Of a DNA stretch of 64,000 bases, positions 49,486 to 62,454 are shown piece after piece. The notes beneath the pieces were generated by a model. The model did not search any database, was not told the origin of the DNA, and worked only from the letters and a program-made list of their open reading frames with translations. Positions within the stretch are counted from its first letter, which is position 1. Every line of letters begins with the position of its first letter. The stretch comes from Lama guanicoe. Its lineage: Eukaryota. The stretch lies in assembly GCA_013239625.1 (NCBI GenBank), contig MU053881.1:7957957-8021956 (forward strand), given 5' to 3'. A program made the position numbers and the translations under genes.

Positions 49486-49922
49486 CTTACATAAATCATC
49501 ACTTTAATTCCTAAAAACAACTCATTCTGGTAGATTCTGCTTTCTCTACTTTATAAAAGGAAAAACAAAGTTCAGAAGTAGTAAGTGGATTGCCCGAGGC
49601 CACCCTACTAAACAGATGCCAAAGTTGGGATTAAACCCCATCTAGCTGGCCTAAGAGCCAATCTCCTTGCACTGCCAGGCCCTGCCCCCAGACTCTTCAC
49701 CCCGGCCATCTCTGTGACAGACCTCAGACGAGAAGGCAGAACATGATCTTGTTTGACCTTACTTGGAACCTATAATATTGGGCAACTCAAAATTTTTGCC
49801 TGTTTGCACATGTCCATAAATGACGTAAAAGCATGACAAGTATTGGTTTGAGGGGTTCAAATAAATTTTCATAAGTAAGCAAATTCACAAATATAGAATC
49901 TGCAAATAATGAAGATCAGCTA
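49357..49922. mobile_element. MER82-like TcMar-Tigger element with internal (CA)n and a MIR-like segment
   Basis: TA followed by CAGTTGTTTCTCATTGTTC...TATAAAGTCACCTTAAACACTGAGTTA...CCCTGGGGGAAA at the left end. GAAGGCAGA...GGGCAACTCAAAATTTTTGCC...AATAAATTTT...CAAATAATGAAGATCAGCT at the right end. Confidence 0.7.
49448..49483. repeat. (CA)n microsatellite
   Basis: About 18 perfect units. Confidence 0.97.
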
Positions 49923-51134
49923 TGAGTGTAATGTCAACCATTTACATTCTAGTCAAACTAGGTAAATCATTCATTTTACTGTCCTTCTGTTCATGTACAC
50001 AGTACATTTTATGTGTCTATTTGCCTTTCATGGTCATCTATTAATCAGATGATCTAGGTAGGACCCCTTGAACAAGTCAGAATTTTCCCTTTTTTACTAA
50101 TGAAAAAATAAAGTGGGAAATGAATGTGTTGTAAGAAGAAAATGTAATTATATGCAATAGTTTCCTCCTTCTCTGTCCCCCTGCTTTTCTCTGCTCCACC
50201 ATTCCCTGCTGCCTCCCCTGACCCCTGCTCTCCAAAGGGAAGTTCTCTTTACAAACCAAGTTCCTGGATGTCTTATGATGTGAAATCTGGAGAATGGGTA
50301 GAAAGACAGGGCCTGAGAGGCAGTAAAATGGCAGGACTGACTGAGGGATGGGGTGTGGTGGCAAGTAAGAGCATGCAGAACATCCATGAGGGATGCACAT
50401 GACACGTGGAGATCAGGAGAAAGGATGTCTGAAAAGTGTTCTTCCAAATAAGTGTAATTTAAAAGATTCAAATAAATACAGAATTCCTTTTAACCATCTG
50501 TGACTGCCCAGCTGCTCCTTGACTTATAACTCTATGTGGAAACTGAGCCACAGGGCCCATTGTTTTATCAGGGTTCTGGGACAAACCTAAAGTCTATATC
50601 TGTTGAGGCATATATTTATTTTTGTAGTCTTTGCAGCAATATTTTTCTATATCAAAGTCATTAGAGAACAGGGAGGTGGCTTTGGATGCAAACGATAAAT
50701 GAAGTGACAATTACCACTTCTTTTCTGCAAGAGTGAATGTAGAATTAGGGGGTGTCTTAAGTGACACAGGGAATGTGACCCTTTGGAAGAAAAATTTTTC
50801 AACATCAGTCTATGTCTTTTATACTTGGTTCTCCTACGAAAAGAAACAAACCTAGATAATATCTCAGCATTTCTCTCTCCTGTTTTTTTTTATAGAGTGC
50901 ATGTACTTCCTCTTACGTTATTTAGATTCGAAAAGCCTCAGGTTTCTTGACTATAAACTAGGAATAAAAAAAATGCCATCTCAAGCCAGTCATAGAAGGA
51001 TTCCGTGAGATAAACTTAGCCCAGTTCCTGACACCAGCTAATGATGCAATATGTATTCCTTGTTATGATAATGGTTATCACCATCCTATCAGTGGGAAAA
51101 TGCATTCAAAGAGAAGATTCCAAAACTTCTTTCT

Positions 51135-51635
51135 AAAGAGAAATGAAAATACATGTCCACGCAAAATGCCATACACAGATGTTTATAGCAGCATTATTCA
51201 TAATAGCCAGAAAGCGGAAACAATCCAAATGCCCATAAAGGACAAATGGATGAACAAAATACGGTACATCCATACAACGGAGTATGATTCAGCCGTAGCC
51301 TGTGATATGAAGTACTGATACACGCTACCACATAGATGAATCTTGAAAATAGTATGCTTAGTGAGAGAAGCCAGTCATGAAATACTATGTATTATATGAT
51401 TTAGCTGAAATGAAAATCCAGATTGGGGAAATCTACAGAGAAAAAATAGTAGATGAGTGGCTTCTAAGGGTGGGGTGTAGGAAACAGGCTCTTTCTGAAG
51501 TGATGAAAACTGTGTAAATTGACTATAGTAATGGTTGCACATTTTTGTGAATATACTAAAAGCTATTGAATTGCATGCTTTCAATGGGTGAATTGTAAGG
51601 TATATGGATGGTGTCTCAATAATGCTGTTTAAAAA
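51135..51635 (+). mobile_element. Old LINE-1 (L1MB-like) 3' end
   Basis: ATGTTTATAGCAGCATTATTCATAATAGCC...AATGGATGAACAAAAT...GTGAGAGAAGCCAGTCA...GTGATGAAAA...ATGGTTGCAC...CTCAATAATGCTGTT. Confidence 0.85.
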
Positions 51636-52259
51636 TGTTCAGTGAAAAACAGGTTGGGGATGGGTTATTTCTAGATGATTTTGCTTCTGCCCGGGAGTCA
51701 GAAGCCAACAGTTAGAAAACTGTCATTATGTCCATGACAGACATGGAAACAGGACAGAAGGAACCTGTCTCTGTCCCCTCATTCCTTTGGGCTCTGCAAG
51801 GACAACACCCAGAATGGATGTTCAGCTGAAGCGTCACATCCTTAAGTTGGAAAGAATTTCAGAGGTCATCTAAGAAAAATGTGCCCCAGTCACTGCCAGC
51901 CTTTCGGCTCAGCCAAACACTTCTTAATCTCTGCTTTTACCGGGAACTTACACCTAGAGAGGAGAAGGGAACTTAAAAATCCATGTGGGGGATATTTGCG
52001 GCACAGCTCAGGGGGGAGGAAGGACTTGAGAAAGTATGCATTTGGCCCCGCGGATGGGAGGAGACAGCAGAGTGACAACAGCTGCCCCGGAGTGTGGGTG
52101 AGATGTTGCATGCTGCTCACACCCAGCGCACAAGCACTCTCGGAGCGAAAGCAGGCCGACTCAGGTATGAGTCTGCAGCAGGCAGCCAAGAGGGAGCGGA
52201 AGGGAACCAGCAGTCGGGGGACCTCGTATGAGTACGTCCCGCACTGGGTACTTCACAGA

Positions 52260-52415
52260 GGTCCTCTCGCTGAGCCCCTACGACATTCCTAAAGGGCGGG
52301 GTTTTTATACCACTCGTACAGACAGAGAAACTGAGGCTCAGAGAGGTGATGTACCTTTTCAGAAGGTACTCTACTAACAGGTAGGAAAACTGAGACTTAA
52401 GCATGAGATCTAGGG
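52260..52415 (-). mobile_element. MIR SINE
   Basis: TACAGACAGAGAAACTGAGGCTCAGAGAGGTGA. Confidence 0.65.
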
Positions 52416-52419
52416 CGTC

Positions 52420-52990
52420 CTCACCTGGGAAAAGGCTCCATCATAATCCACCCAGTTGCTCCAGGCAAAAACCTTGGAGTCATTCTTCGCGCTCTGATTT
52501 CTCCCCCGACTTTGTCTGCAACCAGTCCAGCCAGCCAGCCAGGTTGGATCAAAGTCCTCATCTGGTCCCTCAAGGTCATGTGTGCCCTGGCTCCTCCGTC
52601 CCCGCCCAACCTCGTCCTAGACCATTCTGTGCCTCTTGCTCACTCTTCCTCCAAGCCACTGAGAGGACAATTGTGCTTTCCTCTGCCGAGAATGTCCTCT
52701 AAGGTCTTCTCATCACCAGATCCTTCTCAAACTTCGGGGCTCAGCTCCAGAGTCACCACCTCTTCGGGAAGATTTCGTGGCAGCCCGTCTAACATGGCCT
52801 CCTTTCTGCCTCCTCACGGATTATTTCCTGTGTAGCACTTATCTTACTCTGCAGTTTATTTATATGTAGTCATACTTCTTTGCTGTGTCCCTAACTATAA
52901 CATAAGTCCAGGAGGGCAGGGATTCAGTTCTCTCATTTCCTGATATAGTCCTGGAACCTACGACTGTGCCTTGCCCTTGGAAGATGCTAG
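52420..52990 (+). mobile_element. L2 LINE 3' fragment
   Basis: CCCAGTTGCTCCAGGCAAAAACCTTGGAGTCATTCTT...TCAGCTCCAGAGTCACCACCTC...GAGGGCAGGGA...ACTGTGCCTTG. Confidence 0.7.
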
Positions 52991-54297
52991 AGAGAGGGAT
53001 GGTAAAAGGGAAGGGGGAAGGGGCCTCTCTGGAGATACCCCACAGGGCAAAGAAGAGCTTAAGAGCACACCTTTCTAGGGGCAGAGGGCTCTGGGATACC
53101 CTGGTTTTCTGCTTTCTTGCTGTGAACATCTGAACACCTTTCCCATGCATGCATTTCCACAGGTATTTATTGAACGCTTTTTATTCAAAAGAAAACTTCT
53201 CAGTGATTGCAAACAGATATCCTGAGAAGCAGGAACTATGAATGCTGAAGTTTAACTTTGACCATGAGGTGCAGTTACGAAGTCTGTGGTCGTAGGTTAG
53301 GGGTGGGAAGGGGCAGGACTGTCAAGGAAAAGAAAAACTCCAGTCTGTTTTAGCTTGCATTAGCTACAGCCATGGAGATGGGGCATGGAGGAAATGACTC
53401 TGTGGTCCCTGCAATTCAGTGCAACAGCGCTTGCAACTACCTGGCAACTCACAGGCTAGACTCGCCCAGCCTCACCAGAGTCTGAGGCGGAGAGATCCCT
53501 GTATCCAAACCATGATGGGGACAACTGCTCTGTGATCGCAGGTGAGTCACCCATGGCAGTGACAAAGATGCTGCCGATCAGAGCAAGGGTCACCAGACCG
53601 TGCACACTGACAACACACCTGTGCTGGTGGGGCAGCTCTCCCTGCTTTAGCTCAGTCAGTCCCCGAGGGGTTTCTGTGCAAACGCAAGCTCCATGAAAGC
53701 AGGAAACTTGCCTTTTTAACCATGGACTCACCAGCCTCGAGAGTCGCGTCTAGCCTGCAGAAGAGGTTTAGTCATCAGTGGGCGAATGAATACAGGAGGG
53801 GGGTCCTGTAATTATCCACAGGCACACAAGCCCTTTGAATGCGAGGGGTTGGTTTGGCTAGGATTCACCACCAGAAGTGTAAAGCCTAGAAAATGCCTGG
53901 CCCCGAATACAGACTCAGTGAACATCTGCTGTGTAAACGACTTCTCATTTTGCCCATGAGGAAACTGAGGCCTGGAGAAGTGATGTCAGCTTCCCAAGGT
54001 CACAGAAAGTAGTGAAGTGGTGACAACTGGCTTTTAATTATTATAAGAAAAGGGTACTTCTGATTCAGGGGTAGGAGTAAGAAACTGCATAAAAATTAAT
54101 AGGTGAGGGTGCCAGAGTGAGTTTGAGATAAGCCATGAAAACATGTTCTGACCTGCAGGGACAGCTGTAAGCGGTGTAATCGTGGACAGAAGTCAGCCCA
54201 GCGCTGGACTCTGCAAAGATTCTGCTCCTGGGCTTCCTTACACAGTTCTGTTCAGAAGAGTGTTTTTCTTCTGGGTTTTTTCCCCCCAACAGAGTGA

Positions 54298-55230
54298 CTT
54301 GATTGATTGATTGATTGATTGACAATGTTTTGTTAATTTCTGGTGTATAGCATAGTTATACATACATCTTCAGTTATACATGTATCTTCTTTTTCATGTT
54401 CTTTTTCATTATAGGTTATTACAAGATACTGAATGTACTTCCCTGTGCTATGCAGTAGGACCCTGTTGTTTGTCTCTTTTGTATACAGTAGTGTGTATTT
54501 GCTAATCCCAAACTCCTAATGTATCCCCCTCATTTCCCCTTTGGTAACCATAAGTTTGTTTTTCTCTGTCTGTGAGTCTCTTTCTGTTTCATAAATAAAT
54601 TCATCTGTGTCCTTTTTTTGGATTCCACATATAAGTGATATCATGTGATATTTGTCTTTCTCTGACTNNNNNNNNNNNNNNNNNNNNNNNNNNNNNNNNN
54701 NNNNNNNNNNNNNNNNNNNNNNNNNNNNNNNNNNNNNNNNNNNNNNNNNNNNNNNNNNNNNNNNNNNNNNNNNNNNNNNNNNNNNNNNNNNNNNNNNNNN
54801 NNNNNNNNNNNNNNNNNNNNNNNNNNTCCAGGAACATTTAGGTTGCTTCCACATCTTGGCTATTGTAAATAGTGCTTCTGTGAACACTAGAAGCACATAT
54901 CTTTTCAAATTAGAATTTTCTCCAGATATATGCCAGGAACAGGATTGCTGAATCATATGGTGACTCTAGTTTTTAAAAGAACCTCCATACTGTTTTCCAT
55001 AGTGGCTGCACCAAATTACATTCCCAGCAACAGTATAAGAGGGTTCCCTTTTCCTCACCGTCTCCAGCANNNNNNNNNNNNNNNNNNNNNNNNNNNNNNN
55101 NNNNNNNNNNNNNNNNNNNNNNNNNNNNNNNNNNNNNNNNNNNNNNNNNNNNNNNNNNNNNNNNNNNNNNNNNNNNNNNNNNNNNNNNNNNNNNNNNNNN
55201 NNNNNNNNNGTTGGAGAAATGTCTATTTAG
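54298..55230 (-). mobile_element. LINE-1 3' fragment including a degenerate ORF2 C-terminus; two internal gaps
   Basis: The minus-strand ORF 54516-54956 contains FTEALFTIAKMWKQPKC, matching the L1 ORF2p C-terminal motif FIAALFTIAKTWKQPKC. L1 3' UTR motifs and a (GATT)n tail are present. Gaps at 54668-54826 and 55070-55209. Confidence 0.92.
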
Positions 55231-56224
55231 GGTTTTGTTTTAGTGGGGTTTGGGGAGGCTTGTTTTTAAAGGGAAGGATGGTGAGGAAGAATTAGGGTGT
55301 TACTAATCTTCCATCACAATGAGAAGTGTTGTTTTGAGGACCTCAGAGGGAACATGAGCTCAGCATTCCCTTCCTCATTTCTAGGAGCTGGGGCTGCTAC
55401 GGGGAAGAAAAGCCTGTTCGTGGAAACTGCACCTGTCGCAGACACATTCGGGGAGTCTCCTTCCCATTAATCAAGCTGTCATCTCCTGACTTGTCAGGAG
55501 ACCATCTAGATGTGTTTGAGCCTGTCAGCCAGGTGGAGCTGGGCAGCCGCACCGGCTGCTTTCCTTGAGGGTGGCCGGATGGCTGTGTTCAGGATGACCT
55601 GAGACAAGGAGAGGTGTTGTCTTCCTGTTTCCCTGAACAGGAGGAAAATACAACAAACCGACAAATCCCCGCTACTGAGGGTAACAGAGAAGCCCACAGC
55701 ACACCCACCTGCGACCTCAGTGTGCAGGGCAGCTCTGCTATTTTTGTCCAGTTAAACACTGGCACCCGGGCAGCCGGCCGCTCAAGGTACAACATGTCAA
55801 CTGAGGAGAAAATTAAAGCCACAACTCTCTGTGTGATTTATTCATCACAACCCAAGCTGACTCCCTGCTTGTCTGCATGCAGGTCGAGCTCATTTCACTG
55901 CTTCCACTGTGTCTATTTAAAGAGAAAACAGAAGAACCGGCTCGGGGGGTAAGATAAACCAAAACACGAAACCACCACAACAATTCTTCCAATTTATGGC
56001 TCAGATGACTTTGTTTTCTCTGCTGGTTAAGACGACAATGAGTCTGCCTCACAATGATTAATGATTATTGTTATTATTTCAAGTCTGATGTCTCTTGAAA
56101 AGAAAATGTGCTCCGGATTTTTTTGTTTTTTCCTGAATCAGAGTTCTCTAGACCAAGAAAGCAAAGCCTCAGTTAGAGACTCTCACGAGGCCTTCTTTCG
56201 CTTCTAAAAATGTCAGTGCCCCAT

Positions 56225-56345
56225 AGACGTTATCATCATCATTTTATAGACGAAGATCAGAGAAGGAGAGTGACTTGCCCGAGGTCACACCATCAGGATG
56301 AGTCAGAGCTGAGACAAACCTAAGTCTGTCTGAGTCAAAGCCTCT
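56225..56345 (-). mobile_element. MIR SINE
   Basis: CATTTTATAGACGAAG...GTGACTTGCCCGAGGTCACAC...CAGAGCTGAGA...TCTGTCTGAGTCAAAGCC. Confidence 0.7.
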
Positions 56346-57399
56346 AGATTTCCTGAGTTTCATGTAGGAGATCATGGTCAGTAAGGCAGAGACCTGCAGA
56401 GGTATGTAGCCAAGACACTGAAGCAGGAGCTATGTTGGTAAACATAGACGTTCCTCTAACTTTTGAAAAGCAGTTCGGGTTGACAAGTGAGGTGGGAGCT
56501 GGATTGCTACAGAGGGGCAAGTTAAATTTTATGTCGTATCTCCCCAGTGAGATTTTATGCTCCTTGAAGACAAGTGCTTCAAAAGAGTACACAGTTAGGT
56601 CTGCAGGAAAATTCCCTTTGTAATGCACCTGGCAGAGCCACGAACAAAGATACCTTCCAGTTTTCCAGTGATGCTGTTGACAACGCTGGCAGTGAAGGAC
56701 GGTGTCTGCCAGGGTGATGACAGGCATAGGATTTTGCTGCTGTCCAAGTGTGGAGACGAGAGCTCCCATCCCAGCCATATTTGGAAAGAGAAGAGTTTGA
56801 AATTCCAGGATAACAGGGAGAGGCAAAGAGGAAGATTTACATGTTGTGTAGAGAGACACCAGAACAGGACCGGCGGCGCAAGGGCACCGGGGGAAGCAGA
56901 GAGCGCGAAAGCTTGCCGATAACGAGGGGGATGAGCCGCACCCCCGGCTCCACTGACCCGGGGAAGCAGAGGAGGAGATAGGCTGGGAGAGAAAGAATGC
57001 CGTATTGAACGGGTGGGGAGACATAAATAATTCTTTATCTTTGTGTTCAGGGAGGAGAGGGGCGAGGAATCTGAGAAACCCACTCTCGTTTCCAAGGCTC
57101 AGGGAGTGCGGTGAGGAAGGAATTTGAACACTTGCCAGAGCAGGTGAGCGGGGCTTGGGAAGAGAATCTGGTGGCAGCACAGAGATGCTAGCAGGAGGTG
57201 CGAGAGGGTCTGAGCGTGCACACCTCATCGTTTCCACCAGCTTGGCCGTGATCGGAAGCAAACGCGCTGCCGTTCCTGCAGAGGAAGGCTGACCACGTCA
57301 CATGCTGCCACAGCAGAGCTCCGAGACAGACAGGTGCAACTAAGGTCACGAAAAAACCCTTAAAGCTTGGAAATGGGGGTGCCAGAGGCATGCGAGGAG

Positions 57400-57965
57400 T
57401 TTTTTAGTTATTACGCAAGTGTTATATATTCACTGTAGAAAAATTGCAGAGACGCCAAAAAATAAAAATAATTAATACATAATGACTATTAACTTGTTGA
57501 TGCAATTTCCCCCCCCAGACATTCTTCCTTACACATGCACACTCACATTTATATTTATTACATTGCACTCTGCATACTCTTTGGAAATCTCCCTTTTCAC
57601 TTAAAATATGTACAGAGCATTTGTCTATGTTTATGAATCACATCCTCCCATTAGATGGCTGTGGGTCTCCCATCACAGTGGTAGGCCCTGACATCTAGCT
57701 CCTCCAGCTGGGACGTTTAGATGGTTTCCAGTTTTTCCCATCATCAAAAGTGATCAGCCCCATCCATGCATGTCATTTTTTGGTACCTTTGTCAGACATT
57801 TCCTTACAAGTAGACTTGCTAAATAAAAGGTTATGCACACATTAAGAGCTTTGGAGATATATTGCCAAATTGCCCAACTGAAAGGCATTACCGGTTTATA
57901 TTCCTTCCAGAAGTGAATGCAAGCATCTGTCTCTCCCCATCCTCACTTTCACAGAGTATCATCAT
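57400..57965 (-). mobile_element. Ancient L1ME-like fragment
   Basis: TTCACTGTAGAAAAATT...GGACGTTTAGATGGTTTCCAGTTTTT...GATATATTGCCAAATTGCCC...CCCCATCCTCAC. Confidence 0.6.
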
Positions 57966-60900
57966 TTAAAAAAACAACAACAACAACAACAACAAAGTTG
58001 ATGCTGTTAAAATTTGAGAGTCTTGAAAGAACACCATGACCTAGCTCCTCCTGGAACCCCCCCCCCAACAGCGCTCTTCAGGAAGAAAAGATTTAGGCAC
58101 TGGGGACACGTAGAGCCCCCAGAGGTGGATTTGAAGAAATCAAACTACATATAAACAAATGCATTTAAGGTCTGGGCAGTGGTGGCGACTGGGAGGTTCT
58201 CTCCCTGTCAGGTTTAATACGTAGAATCAAGAGACAGCTTCAGCCATCAGAACTGACAGTTTAAAGAGGAGCAGACCTGGGTAACTGTCTCCTGGTGACA
58301 CAGGCGGAGAGAGGCAGCACCTCCCTGTCTCATACTTCCCGGTGATTCCAAGCCAGTTCCCCAAGTTTTGTCTTTATGTTATAAAAAAAAAAAGAAAAGA
58401 AAAAAACACCCTGGCTTTAAAATAAAGAAATCCACTGAACGCCTCCGTCTCTTGCAGGCAAAAGATTGAATTTCATCTGGGTCCCATTTGAGAAGAGCAG
58501 GCGTATAAAAGTCTGACATAAATGGCGCAGATAAGATCGAGAGCTCACCTGGGGAGACTTACAAGTGTTTCGCATTCAAAGCACATGTCTCTAATGCTAA
58601 TCAGATAACCGTGGCTTTTAGTTCTTACATCTGGCACAGAGCTCTTGCTTTTATGTTTCCTATTTGTTCCCAGAAAGTAATAAAATTCACAATTGTATCT
58701 CATAATCAATACAGCATCTCTTCGGGCACTCCTGCACATTACGAGCACCTAGGCTCTGGCCCGCCTTAGATAGGGAACCATATGCTGTTTGGGATCTGCC
58801 CTTGCTGAGATGCTCCGTTCGGAGACCTCGTCATTGGGTGACTTAGCAGGCAGGTCTTGTCTCCCCAGCTAAGCAGGGCATAGGGGAGACAGTGAGAGGG
58901 CCGGGCTGAGCTCACAGGTGGGACGGTGGGCGCAGCATGGTACGTTCCAGTGGGGACTGCTGAGCTATTTGCCTGGAAACCAGAAGCGCCAACTCAGAAT
59001 CGAGTGGCAGACTTGCCCTCAGAAACACGGTGAGCTGTTAGGGGCGCATGGCCGATAAGTGTCGGAGAGGAATCCTGTCTGTGCTCAGAGTAGCCGTGTC
59101 ACAGCAGTTTGCAGCTCGGGTGTGCCGGACTGCTCTTGGCACGCTGCCCATGTCGGGTGACCGACGTGAGCTTTGCTGGGAGGGACCCACGCTTGAATAG
59201 GCAGAACTCATCGTATTTCCCTGAACTAACTTAATACTGGTCAAAATGCAGTGCAAGTCACAATTCCGTTTTGGGACTGATGAGAATGGATGACGTAATT
59301 TGGTACTTTGTAGCTGTTTCAAGTTCATGTTCGAGAGTAAACAGAGGAACACCCTAACTGAGTTTGCTTCTCAGCGATCAGGGTCTCAGACTTCGTCTTC
59401 CTGTTTTAGCCTTACTGAAGGTGCTGTGGTATCTCTCCGTGTTAAAGCAAGCATAGTCTCACACCTACGTAACGTGTGACTTACCACCTAAATGTTAATG
59501 AGAATAAGCTTATATCTTAATTTTTGTTCTTACCGGTTTACCTTCAATATATATATTTATCATGGTAAGATTTGTCTCTTTCACAAAACTCTAAATGAAG
59601 GAAAACACCATTTCTCTTCTTTGAACGTGCTCCATTTAGGCTCAGTTGTCCAGAAAACAAAAGATGAGGAGCCTGGACTCTGGTGAGATAAGCGTGGGGT
59701 TCAGGGCACGCTGTGTAAGGAGGTGCCCACTCAGGGACGTGTAAGTGGAGGGTTGGCACCTGTGAGCGGGCAGCCTCCTTGAATAGACTCCTGGTCCCTC
59801 CACCAGCCTCACCCTAGTCCTGGCTCTGAGCCTGGTGGCCATCTCCAGTCCTTTTTTTTTTTTTTTTTACGCTGCAACACAGGTTGACTGTTCCTCCTTC
59901 AATGTTCATTCTAGTTTATGTTACATCTTTGCCTCTGTTACATTTTTGTGCCAAAAGATTAGAAACAAATGCCACCAGTTGAGCAGAAGTCTCAAAGGTT
60001 GACTGCTTGAACTGGCTTTTACCTTTTTTTTTTTTCCAGCTTTTGCTTTATTTATAAACAGGAAAGTTCACTCAGTTCACCTGGCTTCTTACCTTTAGTT
60101 CAGTCTGAAACACGGAATGAGATCGTTTTGGGGACTGTGCGTTCAGCAGCCTCCTGATCTCCCCTCATACATCTTATTGGCCAACAGCACCTGAGACTGT
60201 GCCCCAGGCTTTCTGGAAGTGCTTGTAAATATCTGCCTCTCTCTTATCTTTTGTGGTAGCAATTTATTGAGGAAACCTACTTCCAACAGGCTAGGTATTA
60301 GACTCTCCTTTACATAAACCCACATCGGATGTCTCTGATCAAATTATAATTTTCAAAGTATTCCATCACTGAGTCCAGTGGAACTGTTCCTAATATTTTC
60401 CCATGACCGGGTGACTTTTAAAATCTGGGTAGTGCTACCCAAGTGTTTTCCCAAAGGCTTTATTAAATTAAGACTTGCACGAATGCCCGCTTCTTATCAG
60501 CAGAAAGTCTTTGCCCACTTGGAGAAAAACCAACCTAATGAAATTTTTATTTTACTTTTCTCTGGCCCCTTGCATTTCACTTCATTTGGGCTGCCTTCTG
60601 CGAGCTTGCTGTTGTAATGGGGGACAACCCCCCGTGGCCTCATAAATCAGAATTGTTCATAGTTATGGCTTTGTTGGTCTTTTAAAATCCAGTGTGAGGG
60701 TTGGGTGTTTTTTTTTTCTTTTTGCCCCCTCTCTCTTAAAACTTTACTTTTATTTCTTGTTTAAGGGCACCATGTTATGGAAGGAAAGTTATCTTCTCCT
60801 GGTTTTTAAACTCCAAACTAAGTACAAGGCAAGCCTTACAGAAAAGAATCAGCAACAAGAATCTAAGGTTTAAAGATGCAAATCATTCTCTTGTCGCTGG

Positions 60901-61053
60901 CCTCGCATTTTTGGGAGTCTTTCAACAAATACCTTACCACATGCCTGTTATATGCCAAACTCTTGGGCTGGAAACTGGGAGTGCTCTGATTAAAAAGGCA
61001 AGCTTTTTTTTTTTTTCCTAAGTCTCTGTCCTCATGGGGTTTGCTGTCTAATG

Positions 61054-61276
61054 CAGAGGTCACTACACTTTTTCTGTAACAGGCTAGAGAGTAAATATTT
61101 GGGGCTTGGAAAGCCACATGGCCCCTGGCACAACAGCTCAACTCCGCCGTGAGGGGGGAAGGCTGCCCCAGGCGGTCTGTGTAGTCAGTATGAGTGACTG
61201 CTTCCCAGTGCAGTTTTATTTACAAAAACAGGCAGTGGACCGGATTGGGCCCCTGGGCCAGAGTTTGCCCACCCCT
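61054..61276 (+). mobile_element. MER58A-like hAT-Charlie MITE
   Basis: TTTTTCTGTAACAGGCTAGAGAGTAAATATTTGGGGCTT...TTTATTTACAAAAACAGGCAGTGGACCGGATT...AGTTTGCCCACCCCT. Confidence 0.85.
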
Positions 61277-62403
61277 AGCCGAGTGAAAGAAGGAAAGAAG
61301 TGAAAACAAGAACTCAATGGAGTAATCACCACATGTGATCATCGGCATGAAGGAAACAGGGCGCTGAGACAGAAGCGACGGGGGTGGGGGACTTCCTCTG
61401 AACGGGGCAGTGTGGGAGGGAAAGGCGGCCTGGTGGAGGGTGGGAGGGCGATCTGAGCCGGATCCTAAGGGAGGCGAGCGGTCCGCGGTGTGAGGAGGAC
61501 TGCGGTTCCAAGGAGGGAGAGTGCTTGGTGAGTCTGAGTTGCCAAACGGCCACGGGGGCCACCTTCCATGCCGCCCAGCTTTCTTCGTGCCTGCAGTGGG
61601 GTGCTCCTGGGGGACATGGGGAGTCTGTTGGTGTACCCCAGAATCTGGCCTTCGAAAGCTGCTGCTCAGGCTGCCCTGGGGGGGCTCCCCGGGACCCCCA
61701 GTGTGTGGATAATGGCAGCAGCTCTAGCCATCCAGGGAAGATGGGGTGCGTGGTGTAGGGGGGCGCTTACTTTTTCTTCTGTTTTTTTCCTTCTACTTCT
61801 TAAGGGAGGACCTTTCACCAGTACATGGAAAACAGAAAGCGTGCTTGGAATGTGTCAGGCTAAGCAAAAACACATGGTCTGGATATATTCTCCTAAAATA
61901 GAGCAAGAGAAAGGCGGGAAAGAGAGCAGCCTCCTATAAATCATCATTTGTCCAAGGAAAAGGTTTCTGACAGATGTGCAGGGTACCACTGTACGTGTGT
62001 GTGCGTTGTTTGATTTCCACGGCAGAGTTTCATCGTCTGGTCCTATCTGCAGAGCAGGATGCATGTGCTTTCTGTGTCCGGAAGCTCTGTCTCTGGTGTG
62101 GCCAGCCCTGAACCTCCTGGGGGTACTGAAATTTCCTGCAGGTATCGAACTGGCCAGAGATCCAGGGTTGAGGCAGAAGTTGAGCAGGTGGACGACCAGG
62201 GATCGTAGAGCATGGGAATCCGTAGTTCTGCGCAGTAAGAATGCTGAGACACTGCAGTCCCGTGCGGTGGGGCTCAGCAGGATGGTGGAGTGATGTGGCC
62301 TTGCCCTTTCCTGACCTGCCCCATCCGTGCTCCACGCAGTACCCAGAGCCACCTGTTCAAAGCACAACTCTGACGCACCCCCTCTGTGTGTCTGTCTCTC
62401 TCT

Positions 62404-62454
62404 CACATGCACACACACACATGCATGTGCACACACATACACATACACATACGT
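62404..62454. repeat. Degenerate (CA/TA/TG)n alternating purine-pyrimidine tract
   Basis: 51 bp of unbroken YR alternation. Confidence 0.85.

Noticed and set aside
54516-54956. ORF with a real protein motif (ALFTIAKMWKQPKC)
   Set aside because: A frameshifted LINE-1 ORF2 remnant spanning an N-gap, not a host gene.
56344-57261. Longest ORF (305 aa, minus strand), and other long ORFs at 61855-62703, 3245-3952 and 9373-10044
   Set aside because: No recognisable domain and Ser/Pro/Leu/Cys-rich composition typical of non-coding frames. Several use non-ATG starts, and some run through MER3 or microsatellite sequence. ORFs of this size can arise by chance in 64 kb across six frames.
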